Translations under genes and position numbers: made by a program
Notes under the pieces: model-generated
The model's input: the letters and a program-made list of their open reading frames with translations, nothing else
Told to the model about the DNA's origin: nothing
The model's database searches: none
Shown: positions 41,801-53,350 of the stretch, one piece after another
Position numbering within the stretch: the first letter of the stretch is position 1
Layout: each line of letters starts with the position of its first letter
DNA from: Tubiluchus corallicola
Taxonomy: Eukaryota; Animalia; Priapulida
NCBI GenBank assembly: GCA_030141605.1
Contig: JAQGDQ010000002.1
Location: forward strand, 806,001-870,000
Length of the DNA: 64,000 nt
Direction of reading: 5' to 3'

Positions 41801-42568
41801 TTAATGTCATAAACAAAGTTCCATTAATCGCACAAATCTCCTAGGACACATTATTATCAGGCATGAGTGCCGCATGCTTATAACCATTAAGAAGTCTTTG
41901 TGTAGCTGCCTCAACGAGTCCTGGTAGTTTAACTGCTACTGCACCTGGCACTGCAAGTACTTAGCAGGCAGCCCCAGGTACGAGCCCAGACTGAAAAACA
42001 ATTTTTCGTCACTTTCTTTTCTATGCTAAACACAAGAGCTAATATGCACTTCTCGAAGCGAAAGAAACATATCACTAGCAGCATGATAACCCACCTAGAT
42101 TAGCTGGTAACTAGCCTCCTTCTACAGTTCAAAATTTTGACCAATTGGTCAAATTGAATAGCAGATCCGTAACATATTTCATTATGTTTCAGGTTTCATT
42201 ATGTTACACCTGTGGTATTCTACCATCAACTCTAATCTTGAAATTGCTGTAGCATTAATGAGTTTTCACTGTCAACTGCTACATCAGTATCTAGCACATC
42301 GTGCACTAAAGCATGTTATACAGTAAGTGACCTAAGACAAATGTTTTAAAAGTGCACACATTTATAATACCTGTTCCACAGATTTTGCATCTAGGCAGTG
42401 TTGCTGCAGGACTCTGACTTGATCTTGCAGCTGAAGCTTATGACACAAGTCTTCGAGTTCCTGCCTGCCTAGCAAGCCACGACCATGTATATCACAATCG
42501 TTGAAGACTTCGTGAAGCTGTGCCACATAAACGTCTTCATCATTATCAGTATCAGTGCTTGCAGACAT
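26625..42568 (-). CDS. NIN: ninein / ninein-like (Bsg25D family) centrosomal EF-hand coiled-coil dynein adaptor, complete, about 1215 aa
   Basis: 21 phase-consistent exons summing to 3648 nt; N-terminal EF-hands, signature PKFIKGKKRYGRRSKPE, GQL motif, long coiled coil, NINL-like C-terminus LVKDLYLENAELVKALQITEERQKLAEK. Confidence 0.92.
27408..27529 (-). CDS. NIN: ninein exon 20
   Basis: LQTEHRQQLREKSSELQQLQERLKHTRNLLDEYVEKYKVQ. Confidence 0.87.
27779..27959 (-). CDS. NIN: ninein exon 19
   Basis: TCAHESEEIKQLKTALEKANNKIKVLEAA...QMKSMVI; A|GTATGT donor gives required phase 1. Confidence 0.83.
29080..29622 (+). repeat. GT-rich degenerate satellite (GGTGT/GGCAT units)
   Basis: seen directly; source of spurious His/Thr/Pro-rich ORFs. 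Confidence 0.85.
30272..30435 (-). CDS. NIN: ninein exon 18
   Basis: ASQLTKEKRDIERNLRRQIEKLTEKCEILHLAG...SQAAAQ. Confidence 0.85.
31776..32256 (-). CDS. NIN: ninein exon 17, coiled coil
   Basis: AKSSLEQMLRSRYENQQEAKLNELK...ESDLASL; acceptor appears to be GAG. Confidence 0.85.
32733..32825 (-). CDS. NIN: ninein exon 16
   Basis: GQLQGAFAEELESVNQHHESELKDLQSKHDE. Confidence 0.85.
33521..33930 (-). CDS. NIN: ninein exon 15, coiled coil
   Basis: DSRQDTRRQNQGKDIGEF...LEMQRINIQ. Confidence 0.88.
34521..34616 (-). CDS. NIN: ninein exon 14
   Basis: DDNEEDASPRPTRTRRRPLQARRTSETTRDSD; symmetric phase 1, could be skipped. Confidence 0.72.
34734..34914 (-). CDS. NIN: ninein exon 13
   Basis: ELRDTNDIFANENESLKQQL...RTGSLLSEYVKP. 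Confidence 0.88.
35386..35478 (-). CDS. NIN: ninein exon 12
   Basis: VAKLESSRDFLATEQFCAIRDRLLQLEQENK. Confidence 0.85.
35753..35869 (-). CDS. NIN: ninein exon 11
   Basis: ENDRLSGECSDLVEQLGDLDRQNKKYCREVAEVAELRNT. Confidence 0.87.
36498..36672 (-). CDS. NIN: ninein exon 10
   Basis: SLERNYQNHIKSVQSQMKHEREML...LREQLAELQK. Confidence 0.88.
37110..37250 (-). CDS. NIN: ninein exon 9
   Basis: NLVEQLTAENDKLRLDIFEANTRAALIAEEVDD (ninein LA.EVDD motif). Confidence 0.92.
37377..37519 (-). CDS. NIN: ninein exon 8
   Basis: KLAPGSSHKINLQELSKSLERELL...HAACFTYHAELKHT. Confidence 0.9.
37966..38038 (-). CDS. NIN: ninein exon 7
   Basis: YAKSEDIVDVWEALGVRNADEVLS. Confidence 0.9.
38541..38629. repeat. perfect 33-bp inverted repeat with 23-nt spacer
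   Basis: 38541-38573 is the exact reverse complement of 38597-38629. Confidence 0.95.
38794..38990 (-). CDS. NIN: ninein exon 6, EF-hand
   Basis: ELTQLFTKLDTNLDGRISFDDFLHGF...LSFLDPVGTG. Confidence 0.92.
39543..39727 (-). CDS. NIN: ninein exon 5, EF-hand
   Basis: GQLDAVLLNQS...VWNEVDVNRQGFLTKDELGQVCNQIGMLEMSAE. Confidence 0.9.
40128..40269 (-). CDS. NIN: ninein exon 4
   Basis: AKTLGGKISKLVSRGGSTVSSPSPREAENTPVGSPIPGRARSVLEGS; phases fit both neighbours. Confidence 0.83.
40922..41037 (-). CDS. NIN: ninein exon 3
   Basis: VPIEVSPKFIKGKKRYGRRSKPE, ninein family signature. Confidence 0.93.
41489..41639 (-). CDS. NIN: ninein exon 2
   Basis: VNFEDFKEAFILVLSQ... Confidence 0.93.
42371..42568 (-). 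CDS. NIN: ninein first coding exon, EF-hand
   Basis: MSASTDTDNDEDVYVAQLHEVFNDCDIHGRGLLGRQELEDLCHKLQL; likely acceptor at 42618 and non-coding exon donor near 43033. Confidence 0.93.
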
Positions 42569-43203
42569 GGCTGCTACTTGTCAGTCACAAGTCAAAGCCA
42601 TTACGAAAATCTCGTCACCTGCCATAATTAAAGGTAAAGCTAATCAGGAATGGCTCAGATTATTTTACTTTCTGTCTTTGCAAAATAAAATAATTTGAGT
42701 GATTCCAGATTATTAAAGCACAATTAATAAAACATAAATGTCAAAAATGAAAATAAAATTCATGCATGATAACACACTGCAGTACAGTTAGATTTAATAT
42801 GAAAACATTGAATGCTGCTTAGTTCATACTGATTATCTAGGCTTAAATGTTTCAAACCTCTAATACTTTGTAAGAACAATAATCGTTACTACTGTAAAAA
42901 GTGCCTATAAATGTTAGGTACAGTAGCTAGTTCTACACATGTACACATTAACTTATAAAGGAATTAGGCAATAGCCTATTAAGTACCTGATAGTCCAAGC
43001 TCCAAGCAGAAATCCTAGTAATAAAGACTGTAGATTCCATATCATTAAATACCTTCAGTCAGTGTAGCAATGTAGACAGCACGAAACGCTTCAACAGGGA
43101 GCCAGTGACTGTAAAAAAATGAAATTTCCTTTCATTGTCTATCGTACCATATCGTACACATAATAAGTAACCAAAGCGTAAACTGTAGCAAAAACGACAG
43201 ATT

Positions 43204-43216
43204 TGCCATCTAGCGG
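43204..43216 (-). promoter_or_regulatory. CTCF core-like motif upstream of ninein
   Basis: minus strand CCGCTAGATGGCA, close to the CCACTAGATGGC/CCGCNAGGGGGCA consensus. Confidence 0.45.
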
Positions 43217-46200
43217 CAATGAAAGCACAAAATTGCGCACATTATAAAACTTTCCTCGTTAATGACTTTGCTATTCTCGCTTGAGAAAATTTGTCGTGCA
43301 TGGGTCTACAACCTATAACAGACATAGCAGTGAAACGGCGATTAAAGAAATTTCAAATCACAAATCTGTAGTATTAATAGAGACATTCAAGTTTTAAAAG
43401 TAAAAAAATTAATGTTCTTTTCCTGCAATAACTTTAATTAATCAAATTAATTCTTTGACAAAGTGTCAGCTTACAGTTCTCCTACGTTTTCATCTACAGT
43501 TCAGCACTATTCAATAGACGTCATCAAATTGTGCTTAATGTACAATTACTGGCAATGGTATATATTTATTATTAATACAACATACAATTAGCTTTGTTTC
43601 AGCTAGAGATACATCTTTTCCCAGTGCTGCAGCATTTGTGTAATGTATTTCCTTAAGTATATCAAATTAAACATCTTTATTCTTATTAACCTTTTCTTAT
43701 TTCAGTCTGTATCATTATAACATGAGTTCTCATTTATGTGTAATTGTGTACTTTAAAACTGGTTCGTAGATTTTTGTGAATTTCAGTGTTTGTATATCAA
43801 AGAGCGCTTTTATATGGATTTCAAGCAATAAAATTATTATTCTGCAATGAGTTAACACTTCCATGAAAATGATTCTGAATGCATAAGAACTTGCAATAAT
43901 GTCTACTATTGTTTACAACTGATGTGAAATGACATTAATTAGCACCAGCGATGCAAATTCACGAGTTCTGTAAATTACAAATTTGTTATCTTGCAAGCAA
44001 CGTTACGAAGTTAGACTAAAAATAAAAAATAAACAAAAAATTAGAATGTTTACTTTAATAATACACAATTAATTTACAACAATTATAACGATTAAATATC
44101 AGTATAATAAAATTATAAATGCAAAAGCATGCAGGTAAATGTTTAACAATTCCTAACAAGAGGAAAATTAGCTAGGACAGCCCAGGAGCATTTAGAATAA
44201 TATCTCCAAAACTGCTCACCACTGCAGATGTATTACAGATTCATATCATTTTGACAACAGCTATATAAGAATAGCACAGCAGAGATAGAAAAAACTGTAA
44301 TATTATACGACCTAAAGTAGTGCCTTCCCATACAGCACAATCGTTCGCATATCACGAAAGATGAACCCGACAATTCAACTAACACAGGCAGCAATATCAC
44401 ACAATAAAGAAAGGTGCAGGTCTTTTTGTGATGTTTAATTTCCAAAAAAAATAATTGACTGTGCTCAAAAGCTGTGCCCTGACTTGCAACAAATCAAATG
44501 TAAAATTCACAAGTACGCAATTAATAACATTTAACAAATTTGGAGTTATATGCACAGAAAAATAAATGAATCAGTTTTAGTTTTATAAAAAATCGGTAAA
44601 TGGAAATTTGTTCAGCTCAGTTCACTTCAAAGCAATTAACTAGTCCATTGCAGTTTTCTTTAATTTTGGGAGCAATTTATATTTCCACATTAAAGACTAA
44701 TTATTAGAAAGGGAGAAAAACTTTTTTGTTCTAAGGATTTCACAAAGTACATTTGAAAGACTTGGTAATCTTTGCAGTCCCTTGATTCCCTACAAAATTA
44801 GTATAGAGACCTATCGGTAATTTGTAATAGGCAGCTGCAAGCGTGCCATAATTGTAATAAGAAATATGGTCAGAAACAGTTAACTAATACATGTAATTCA
44901 TAATGATGAAAAACAGTTTCTTCAGACTATACCTGCTAAGTACAAATAATAAAGCTACAGCTGTTTTTGTAGGAAGTTGTAGGAAATAATTTCACTGAGT
45001 AAAAAAATGGCAACAAAAAATAAAATGAGATTGTGGGATATGACAATGCAATGCAAATAATACTGTCAAAAGCACTCGGATAGAAATGGCAAACGATACT
45101 GATCAAAGATCAGTATCAAAAAATAAATGAGTATATACGAAAAAAAGCCGTTGCAGTGCTACACGCCTACACATCATGTTAACTACTACTTAATTTAACC
45201 TACAAAGAAAAACCCTGATAAACATGACTAGCATAATTGGTATGAAATGTCAAAATATCATCAAAAAAGGTTTTTTAATCAGAGGACTTACAAAAGATGT
45301 CAAGGAATCTAGTGTTTTATTAATATTGTAAAAATACTTCCTGCAATGAACTATAGCTGTGGTCTTTCTCACTCGCATGTACAATGCATTCCACCACATC
45401 TTTTAAGTACCTGTAGCATATTACTACGCATATAAGCTTACAACATAAACTGTTAAACTTCACCCAAAACCATAATCAATGAGTCTAAAAGTGGATGGAT
45501 ATACACATCTAAAGTCGATACACACTATACAAAATTACAAACATTAATTACAATTTAATCACTGCAGCAGCAGTTACTGCACCAACAACATCTAGGCAGC
45601 ATAAAATAGTGGCATTTATACAAGATGATATGCAAAAAATAAGTGACACTTAAAACAGGCTGCAAGCAAACAATGTGAAATTAATCACTCTGTTCCACTG
45701 GTCAGCAATAGTCCAGCTGACACAAATAATGTGTTAAAAACATGCCTTTGTCTTATCTTAATAATGTAAAAATACATAAAAAGATACAGGCTAAAGTTCA
45801 ACAATTAGTGCAAAAAAATTGGAATGTCACTGACAGAAAATTTCAATTAATAATTATCAATTTGTGATCATAGTGATTGTGGTTTATATCAACTGATTTC
45901 AGTTAGCAATTTTTAATGATGCTTGCATTTCAAACTATTTCAAATCATGGCTACAATTTTAAATGTAAACACTGACCAAAGCATAAAATGCTGTCCCAAT
46001 TTTTACAGGAATATTTTACCAAGACAAGCTGCCGACAAAAGAATGAGTAGCAACAGAATAAGAAAACAAAGGTCTCAGCAGATGGTTAGCTTCTGTTTAA
46101 CTTACAGTGCTCATATTTGGCTTTTTCTGTATAATAGCCTTCAAGCAATATTAAAAGTCAGTAGGTAATGTAATTATTATGGTGTGGACAAGATATCAGA

Positions 46201-46407
46201 ATATAATTTTATCAACACAACAACCAATGCTTAAAAATGCTAAAATTTATCAAAGCTAAATTTAACAAATGAGTTGATCACTTTCAAAGCTCCAACATTA
46301 TTATTGGACGGAATGTACACAATATGGTAAATACTATACAACACTGTACAGCTGACAAAGAGGTAATGTGCAGATCATTGCAAACAATCATTTAAATTTT
46401 CCAATAG

Positions 46408-46497
46408 CTAGCTTCCATTCTGCTCCTCTTTTAGTTTCTTGTCATCAATGTCGGGAGTGTCAAAGCCTGAATCCATCAAACCCATCTGGTCAAAGTC
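46408..46497 (-). CDS. RABL2: RABL2 terminal exon
   Basis: DFDQMGLMDSGFDTPDIDDKKLKEEQNGS*; acidic tail, phase 0. Confidence 0.75.
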   Translation of the reverse strand, partial: DFDQMGLMDSGFDTPDIDDKKLKEEQNGS

Positions 46498-49400
46498 CTA
46501 AACCAAAAAAGTGAAAACATTTATTTTTTACTTGTAGTTCATAATTCACAATTCATAAAATGCAAAATTATTAAACCATTTGGCAATTACATCCAATTCT
46601 GGGCTATTTTTTTGCGTAGCGTACTGTACATATGTCACTGTTGTAATTATTGTTGTATGTTGTCAGGATGTATTTCTCATCTATAAAGTATGCAATAAAA
46701 ATGCAGAAATATATGCAAGTGAAGATATGTCAGTCACCTGCAAACACATAATCAGAGCACTCAGCCACACAAAAGAAATGTCGAGTTGATTTCTGGATAG
46801 ACTTTTTTGTGTGTATATCATAGAATAAATCAGTGAGCATAAACCTTTTCTTTAGAATTTTTCTTGTCTTTCTTGGCTTAACTTGGTTTAACATTTGCTC
46901 TACTTAATTTTAAGCAACACCATTAATGCAGCAAATAATGCCTACATTCACTAAAATGTTTTAGAAGTTTAAATAGAATATAATTATATATATCACATAT
47001 ATATATATATCAGCATATATAAGACTTTTGTATAACTACCGTTATACTGACACTCCCAGAAAATCAACAATGCCCTAGGGCATGGCGGCACGCTTTAACA
47101 TTTAGTATCAACTAGGTATTACTTTGCACAATTGTTAACTTAACTAATAATTCCTAATTAACTTAACTAATAACGTCAAAATTTAACAAACTATTGACTT
47201 TGCTAGAACATTAAAATACTTAATCACGCTGAGAATAGCGGCAGTCCATTCACTCATGTAAAAATGAGCCCCTTGCTTCGTAAATGATATCGAGTTCTAT
47301 TTGAGACATACAGCAAAGTAATTGATCTCAACAGAAAGTTTCTGATATTCATACGTGCCATTATTGACAGAGAAACATGGAGCAAAAACAATCAATAACT
47401 GTACAATGAACAAGCACTCCATATTGATCTTCAGCTCTGTGCTGTCACTACCGTCAAGACAAGAAACAAACAATATGCATTGTTACACGAAGAAACACTG
47501 TTCTAGTTGTTGACATACATATTTTTGATGTGACATTAATTGAAGTACCCCGATCTACAATACTGTTAGACCCCAGCTTCATGGAATCTAATATACATTG
47601 GTTTCTCTGATCAGTAATTTCTGTGGCTGGTTTTCAGGGTTCATCATTTTTGTCATTACATGCATTCAAAGAAATTATCATCTTATCCTAGTTTCTAGAT
47701 TAAATTATTCTAGATTAATCACACAAAATTATTCTAGCTCATTTTTTATATACTCCGGCATTCTGCAAGCCAGCACACGATGTGAAGGTCTACTGGAAGG
47801 CAGCTTATTATCAAGGATGGTCCTCTACATATTTCACATGCACATGCATCAGTTGCACCTTCTGTTAAAAAGATAAGCAATGAGAGCACTACACTAAACA
47901 AACCTGCCCAGAGACAATTTTCCAGAAGTCACACATCTGTTTATTAACCAGGCTATGGTTTGATTAATTTGAGCTGCTAAGCTTTCCTCTCATGTAAGTG
48001 ATGGCTGATATTTTAACTAGTTAATGTGGAAGTAAAAGAGCCCCATTCCTGGGTATTTTTCTGCTGTTTTTTATGAAATTTATACCCCTTCCTTTGACAG
48101 AATAGGCACTGGGTGTTAAACACATAATACCTAAATTGTCTATTTGACAATAGGTGCTGTTAGCATGGGTTCAGCAGACCATATCCTGACACAACTAAGA
48201 CAATTTCCAAAATTCCGTACAAATAAAAACATTTGCACGGCACTTTATTAACATGGCTTTTGCTACATGTAGGTAGCAAGGCATCAGCATAAATGGGTAA
48301 AATAGGGTAAATGTACAACATGTGTACAGATAAATGGGCAAAGTAGGGTAAATATACACCATGTGTACAGATAAATGGGCTAAGTAGGGTAAATATACAC
48401 CATGTGTACAGATTATGCAATGTGCATTATTCCTAATAATTTCTGTTCAATTGTTATTATGCATAAAATGTTCTTTGGATGTCTGTAAGAAATATTTTGT
48501 TTCAAATAAACTTGAGCAAAACAGACTTTTATTCAAGTGTATCTGTAACAAGCACTGATGGGCAGTAATGACAGATATTCAAGTACTGAAGAACTGTTAC
48601 GATCATGTATAAACATTGATGCATTGATAGGATATTGCATATTTGATTATGCCTGCTACATTAGGTAAAGTATAAATATATTACTGACTGTGGCACTTTA
48701 AAGTGTAAAAATACCATGTAGAAATATATTACCTCCAATTCTCGAAGTACTTCGTCAACGTAATCTGTGGTTTGTTTCTTGTAACACACTGCTGCTTTGA
48801 TAGCATCTTTAAACATCTGAAAAGACATAGTGATTTTTTTCAAATTGCGCCTGTTTGTAAGTAAATGTAGTACACTAACTGTTCAATTTTAGCTTTACAG
48901 AAAAAGTTTGTTAAATGAAGCCAAGAAAAGTGCACATGATTTAATAAGAAGGTTTTATATTATTATACCTTTACAACATTAGTTCCATCAGATGCAGAAA
49001 CAAAGTAAAACGGCAATCCATGCTTTTTAGCGAAGTTAAAATTCTTCTGTGTTACTTTGTAATCAACTAAAACAAAAACATATTTATCAGACAATACAAG
49101 AAACTTGTAAAATTCTATTTCACTGGAAAAAAGTTTGATACAATTCTGAAATCAGTGCAACAACATGCAATGTCAAAAATCTGGCACAAAATGTTAATTT
49201 TAATTACTTTTGGTGGCCCTGATTCGAAAAAACCATCAATGAAAAGATACTAGATGAAGACATTTCATTTCAGTTCTGATATACAAATCAAAGAGAATGT
49301 CAGCATTGGAGCTATAACACAACATGTGCACATAAAGTACAACCGGCTAACTACTGTATGCTTACAGAATAATCGTTATCTTTAATGACCTTAAAAAAAT

Positions 49401-52400
49401 GTCCACCAAACTTTCCGCAAACCTTATACCCAAAAGATCATGAGATTAATATAATATAACATAATAATTAACATTTGGTACCAGATTTGAAAGTTTTTTT
49501 GTACATTTGGTGCACTATAAATTCTACTATGAATTATGTAAACTTTAATTATTTCATTAACAGGCATTCATAATAAGCCATTATTTACTTTTATCGTTTG
49601 CTAACTGATTTTTGCTATCTAATGAGTTAAGTTTATTAACTAAACAATGCTGATATTTATTTAAGCGAAGTTAACTTTATCAACTCACTTATGAATATGG
49701 TCTGTTTGAATTAATATTAAATACAAACCATCAATTTTATTTGCAGCACATAAGCATGGAATCTTTGGCCTAAATTCTCTAAGCTCTTTCAGCCAGTTTG
49801 GTAAGTTCTTGTACGTTATTTTGCGAGTGATATCAAAGACCTATGATTACAAACACAAAGCAAAATGAGTTACACAAGACCAAATATTAAAAATCTAGAA
49901 TACACAAACTTTATCCAAATAGATGCAAGCACTTTTTTAAAACATCAAGGATATAGAAATTTGCAAACTACAGTGTAACCATAGGATAAAACTGCAAAGT
50001 TTAAGGACTTGAGTCCTCTTGTAACTTCAGAGTGCATGAGTATTATTTAATATTTCAGGAACTTCCATTTCAAGAAAACTTTCAGATCACATGGCTGGTA
50101 TACCTAGATACAGAAATATCTTATTTCAGACCCCCACCAAAAATACGAATTAGGACCGAGTACTGCACCTGCAGTGCATATACTGTAATGTATCAAATAT
50201 TTAATCAGCCGTTCCAGCCATTCTAAAAAACTATCTAAGAAATAATTAATAATTAAACCATGATAAATTGTAGTTATTATATTTTTATTTTACAATTGAA
50301 AGTCTGAGTTTTGTTAGTTAACCTGCAAATATGCAAAGCTGCTGCTGTCCATCATTGATTTATCTTGCTGGACAACCTCATTAATAGACAAAGTAAACTA
50401 AATAAGCTATGCCACTCATTACTTAGAATGGTAATGACTGGAAGTGGAAACTACTGCTGCTCACTAACTAATTATCAACTGAGAAGTCACAAAATAATGT
50501 GATGCACCCACAGTCTTGACTTGGGAAAAAACTGTATTTTATCACAGGCACAGAATAATAGTTCTTATTTATTAAGGTCAGTCTAAAAAGTTGGTAATGA
50601 TAATGGTAATGTTTTGACTTACTAGAATACATGCATGAGCCTGGTGATAGTAAGACGGATGCATATTAGAAAATCGCTCTTGGCCAGCAGTGTCCCAGAA
50701 GTCAACAGTCACACTTTCGTCATCTACCTTGCATTGATATCGAAATAATGTAAGCGCATACGTAGACAACTGTTGCGGCTGACTAAGCAAATATTAGTTA
50801 AGATAAAAACTGAAGAAAACGATTAAAAATGACATCTTAGATTCATGAATAGGTTAGCAAGCTTGAGCATACAAAGAAAAATAGGACATTCACTTGTAAG
50901 TGTTAACTAAGATAAAAAGTACATTGATTCCTTAGTTTATTTGATGATGATTAAAATCTTTTAATTCGACATGTCGAAGCAAAAGAGGTTTATCAAATTA
51001 AAAAGTTGCCCAATTCAACAAAGCATTCGAAGAGAAGAATTCAAAAACAAAAAATAATAGAGATGCTGCAATTCCAAATACAGCTTCGTTTCCTATGAAG
51101 TAGGAAATCAAGTAACCTATGTCTGCAGCCTGCAACAGTGACATTTATTACCCCATTGGCACATCAGGGAATCCAGAAATAGTGATTTTGATGGATGGTA
51201 TCACTTTCTTTCAACTTGTCTTCTCAATACATTCTGCTTTTTGATAATCCGAATTTAATGATGATGAAAACTTAATGCTTCAGAAATTACTTTACATGTT
51301 GGTCCTTTCAAGGACAAAATTAAATGCCATCTCAAGCAAATTTTATACAACACCAAGATGTTCCATCCAGCATTTCAATAGTTCACTTTTGTATAGATTT
51401 TGTGCCTATTCCGTACTGGCCTACTGGAATGACTGGATGCAAGACGGAGTTAAAAATGACCTGCAAGTATTGTTTATTTTTATTTATATGGTTCCAACAT
51501 TATATGATTATGCAGATCACATAAAATGCATTCCAAGATACTGATATCACTAACTGATGGCATCCCTAGGAACAACATCATAATAAATAATATTCCTTAT
51601 TTATTAACTAGAAACTATGCAGGAAACATTACAATTTGGTATAAGCAATGTACAAAAATCATTAGCGGAGACAGTAGCAACACATGTGCATTGCATACAT
51701 TGGATCGTAGGTATTAGTGCTAATATTATATTAGCATACTGAATTTTTTCAAGCTTCAACAAGCCAATTTTTTTTAATCTCTGATCAGAATCAAATTATT
51801 TGCAAGCGATTAGTTGCTGAACATCATATGTTCCCGAATTTTACCTCAATGATAACAAAGAATATACTGATCTCTGGAGCATTTTTGTTTTCAGTCTAAC
51901 AAGCTACTGACAAACTCCTATAGAAATGTTGACATACAAAGAACATACGGGATACATAAAATGCTAATATTTTAAATTGTTAAAGTAGGCATATTTAAAA
52001 TTTGATAATTCATATTCATGTAATAAAGGATACTAGTCATCCATCAGAAATCTCTCTACTAATCTGAAATAAAAAAGTGAAATAGATTAACAGAAATATA
52101 AGATACCATTGCTCATTCAGCTTTACAAATTCACTGGCTCCAGTATAATCACTGTCCATTTCATTACATAAAACATTTAAAGACTTGAAAGAAAACATTT
52201 CAATACACACTGACAATTTTTCAGTTCAAAGTGGAATTACTGGTAACTTCTGATTCAAATAACACAAAGCAGACAAGGTCCATTAACTGCGGCTTAAGTA
52301 AAGAGAAGAACGCTACTTGATTTTTAATACTTTCTAGTAAAACAAAAAATTTAATTTGCTTTGAATAAAGCGAAAATGTGGATTTAATGAGCTTACTACC

Positions 52401-52954
52401 GGTTGACGTATCTCCAAATGTTGACTGCCTTGCTCAATCATTAAGATTACTTTTTAATACCAAAATTTAGGTTTTTTTCTAAGGAAAACTGTGACTTCTG
52501 AAACTTACACTTATTAATAAAGAAAATGTGCAGAGATGTTTGCTGAAGACCGTAGAAAAACATTTCTGCAAACTGTAAATTTTAAACTTAACAGCTATAA
52601 ACGCACACTGTGTGGTAAACCAGAATGATAAGTCTAGATTGAAATATTTTCACAAGTGTTTACTTTAGTACAAGTCCTTTAATATTTTTCTAACAGTCTT
52701 GTGCAGTCGATGAAACACCAAACTATAACTATATTTTGTACACTAAATTACTATAATTAATTATAATATAAGCCTACAGTGTTATAATACTGAAACAGTT
52801 TTGTCATTGTGAAACTTCCAAAAAGAAGCAACTTTTAAAATAACAACTCTTACTTCGACTTCCCAACAGCTGAATCTCCTAAGCATATAACTTTCACCGT
52901 TGTGTCACCACTTTTACTTTGTTTATCATAATCTGGAGATTTGCTATCCGCCAT
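46408..52954 (-). CDS. RABL2: Rab-like protein 2 (ciliary/IFT small GTPase), complete, about 224 aa
   Basis: 7 exons: 52954-52854, 52063-52034, 50782-50623, 49840-49729, 49066-48969, 48816-48733, 46497-46408 (675 nt). ICLGDSAVGKSKLVERFLMD, QPQQLSTYAL, DFWDTAGQERF.MHPSYYH.AHACIL, NKID, VSASDGTNVVK; no C-terminal prenylation cysteines. Confidence 0.96.
48289..48411 (+). repeat. 41-bp tandem repeat, 3 copies
   Basis: unit ataaatgggcaaagtagggtaaatatacaccatgtgtacag at 48289, 48330, 48371. Confidence 0.92.
48733..48816 (-). CDS. RABL2: RABL2 exon 6
   Basis: MFKDAIKAAVCYKKQTTDYVDEVLRELE. Confidence 0.93.
48969..49066 (-). CDS. RABL2: RABL2 exon 5
   Basis: VDYKVTQKNFNFAKKHGLPFYFVSASDGTNVVK. Confidence 0.95.
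49729..49840 (-). CDS. RABL2: RABL2 exon 4
   Basis: VFDITRKITYKNLPNWLKELREFRPKIPCLCAANKID. Confidence 0.95.
50623..50782 (-). CDS. RABL2: RABL2 exon 3
   Basis: QPQQLSTYALTLFRYQCKVDDESVTVDFWDTAGQERFSNMHPSYYHQAHACIL. Confidence 0.96.
50783..52033 (-). other. U12-type (minor spliceosome) GT-AG intron of RABL2
   Basis: donor |GTATCCTTT; branch site TATCTTAAC about 15 nt before the AG, without a long polypyrimidine tract. Confidence 0.9.
52034..52063 (-). CDS. RABL2: RABL2 exon 2 (30 nt)
   Basis: LVERFLMDDY. Confidence 0.93.
52854..52954 (-). CDS. RABL2: RABL2 exon 1, P-loop
   Basis: MADSKSPDYDKQSKSGDTTVKVICLGDSAVGKSK. Confidence 0.94.
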
Positions 52955-52959
52955 CCTTG

Positions 52960-53350
52960 CAAATATGTGACGCAAAGAATTGTGGGAATGTTTTAAAGTT
53001 TTCTGATTGGCTGTTGACTTGGGATTTAAAGTCTTCAAGGATTAAATGATTAGTGTAAACTGCCGCTAACAGAGGACGCCACAATCATAGTTTTCGTCGT
53101 GAATCGAGTCCGAAATCCGAATTCCAAGAATTGTTTCTGAAGATGACGTACGGAGAAGCGATCGATATCTTCACAAAACAACAACTTTAGTCATAATGAC
53201 TCATGTATGACTAAATGCTCATGTACTTACTTACATGAGTTATGAACCATTCAGATACCTCCTATAAAAGCAATGTTGTGTCAGTAACACTTCTTTGGAG
53301 CCCACCGGAAGACGCGAACACAACCACCAGGCTTCGTGAAAACCTGAATA
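52960..53350. promoter_or_regulatory. probable RABL2 promoter region
   Basis: CpG-richer patch just upstream of the ATG with minus-strand CCAATC (near 53006), TGCGTCAC, TGACGTA and TGACTCA motifs. Confidence 0.4.

Noticed and set aside
41900-42020. tRNA gene
   Set aside because: Only a degenerate B-box (GGTACGAGCCC); no cloverleaf; at most a SINE remnant
48289-48411. 41-bp repeats as a CRISPR array
   Set aside because: Head-to-tail tandem copies without spacers
52529-52570. Hammerhead ribozyme (CTGAAGA...GAAA inside a 13-bp stem)
   Set aside because: No stem II/III or NUH cleavage geometry; similar CTGANGA hits near 53137, 57984 and 62378 also lack the full core
52950-52975. Trans-splice acceptor / operon organisation
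   Set aside because: An AG precedes the RABL2 ATG, but genes are kilobases apart and each has promoter-like sequence; cannot be supported without transcript data
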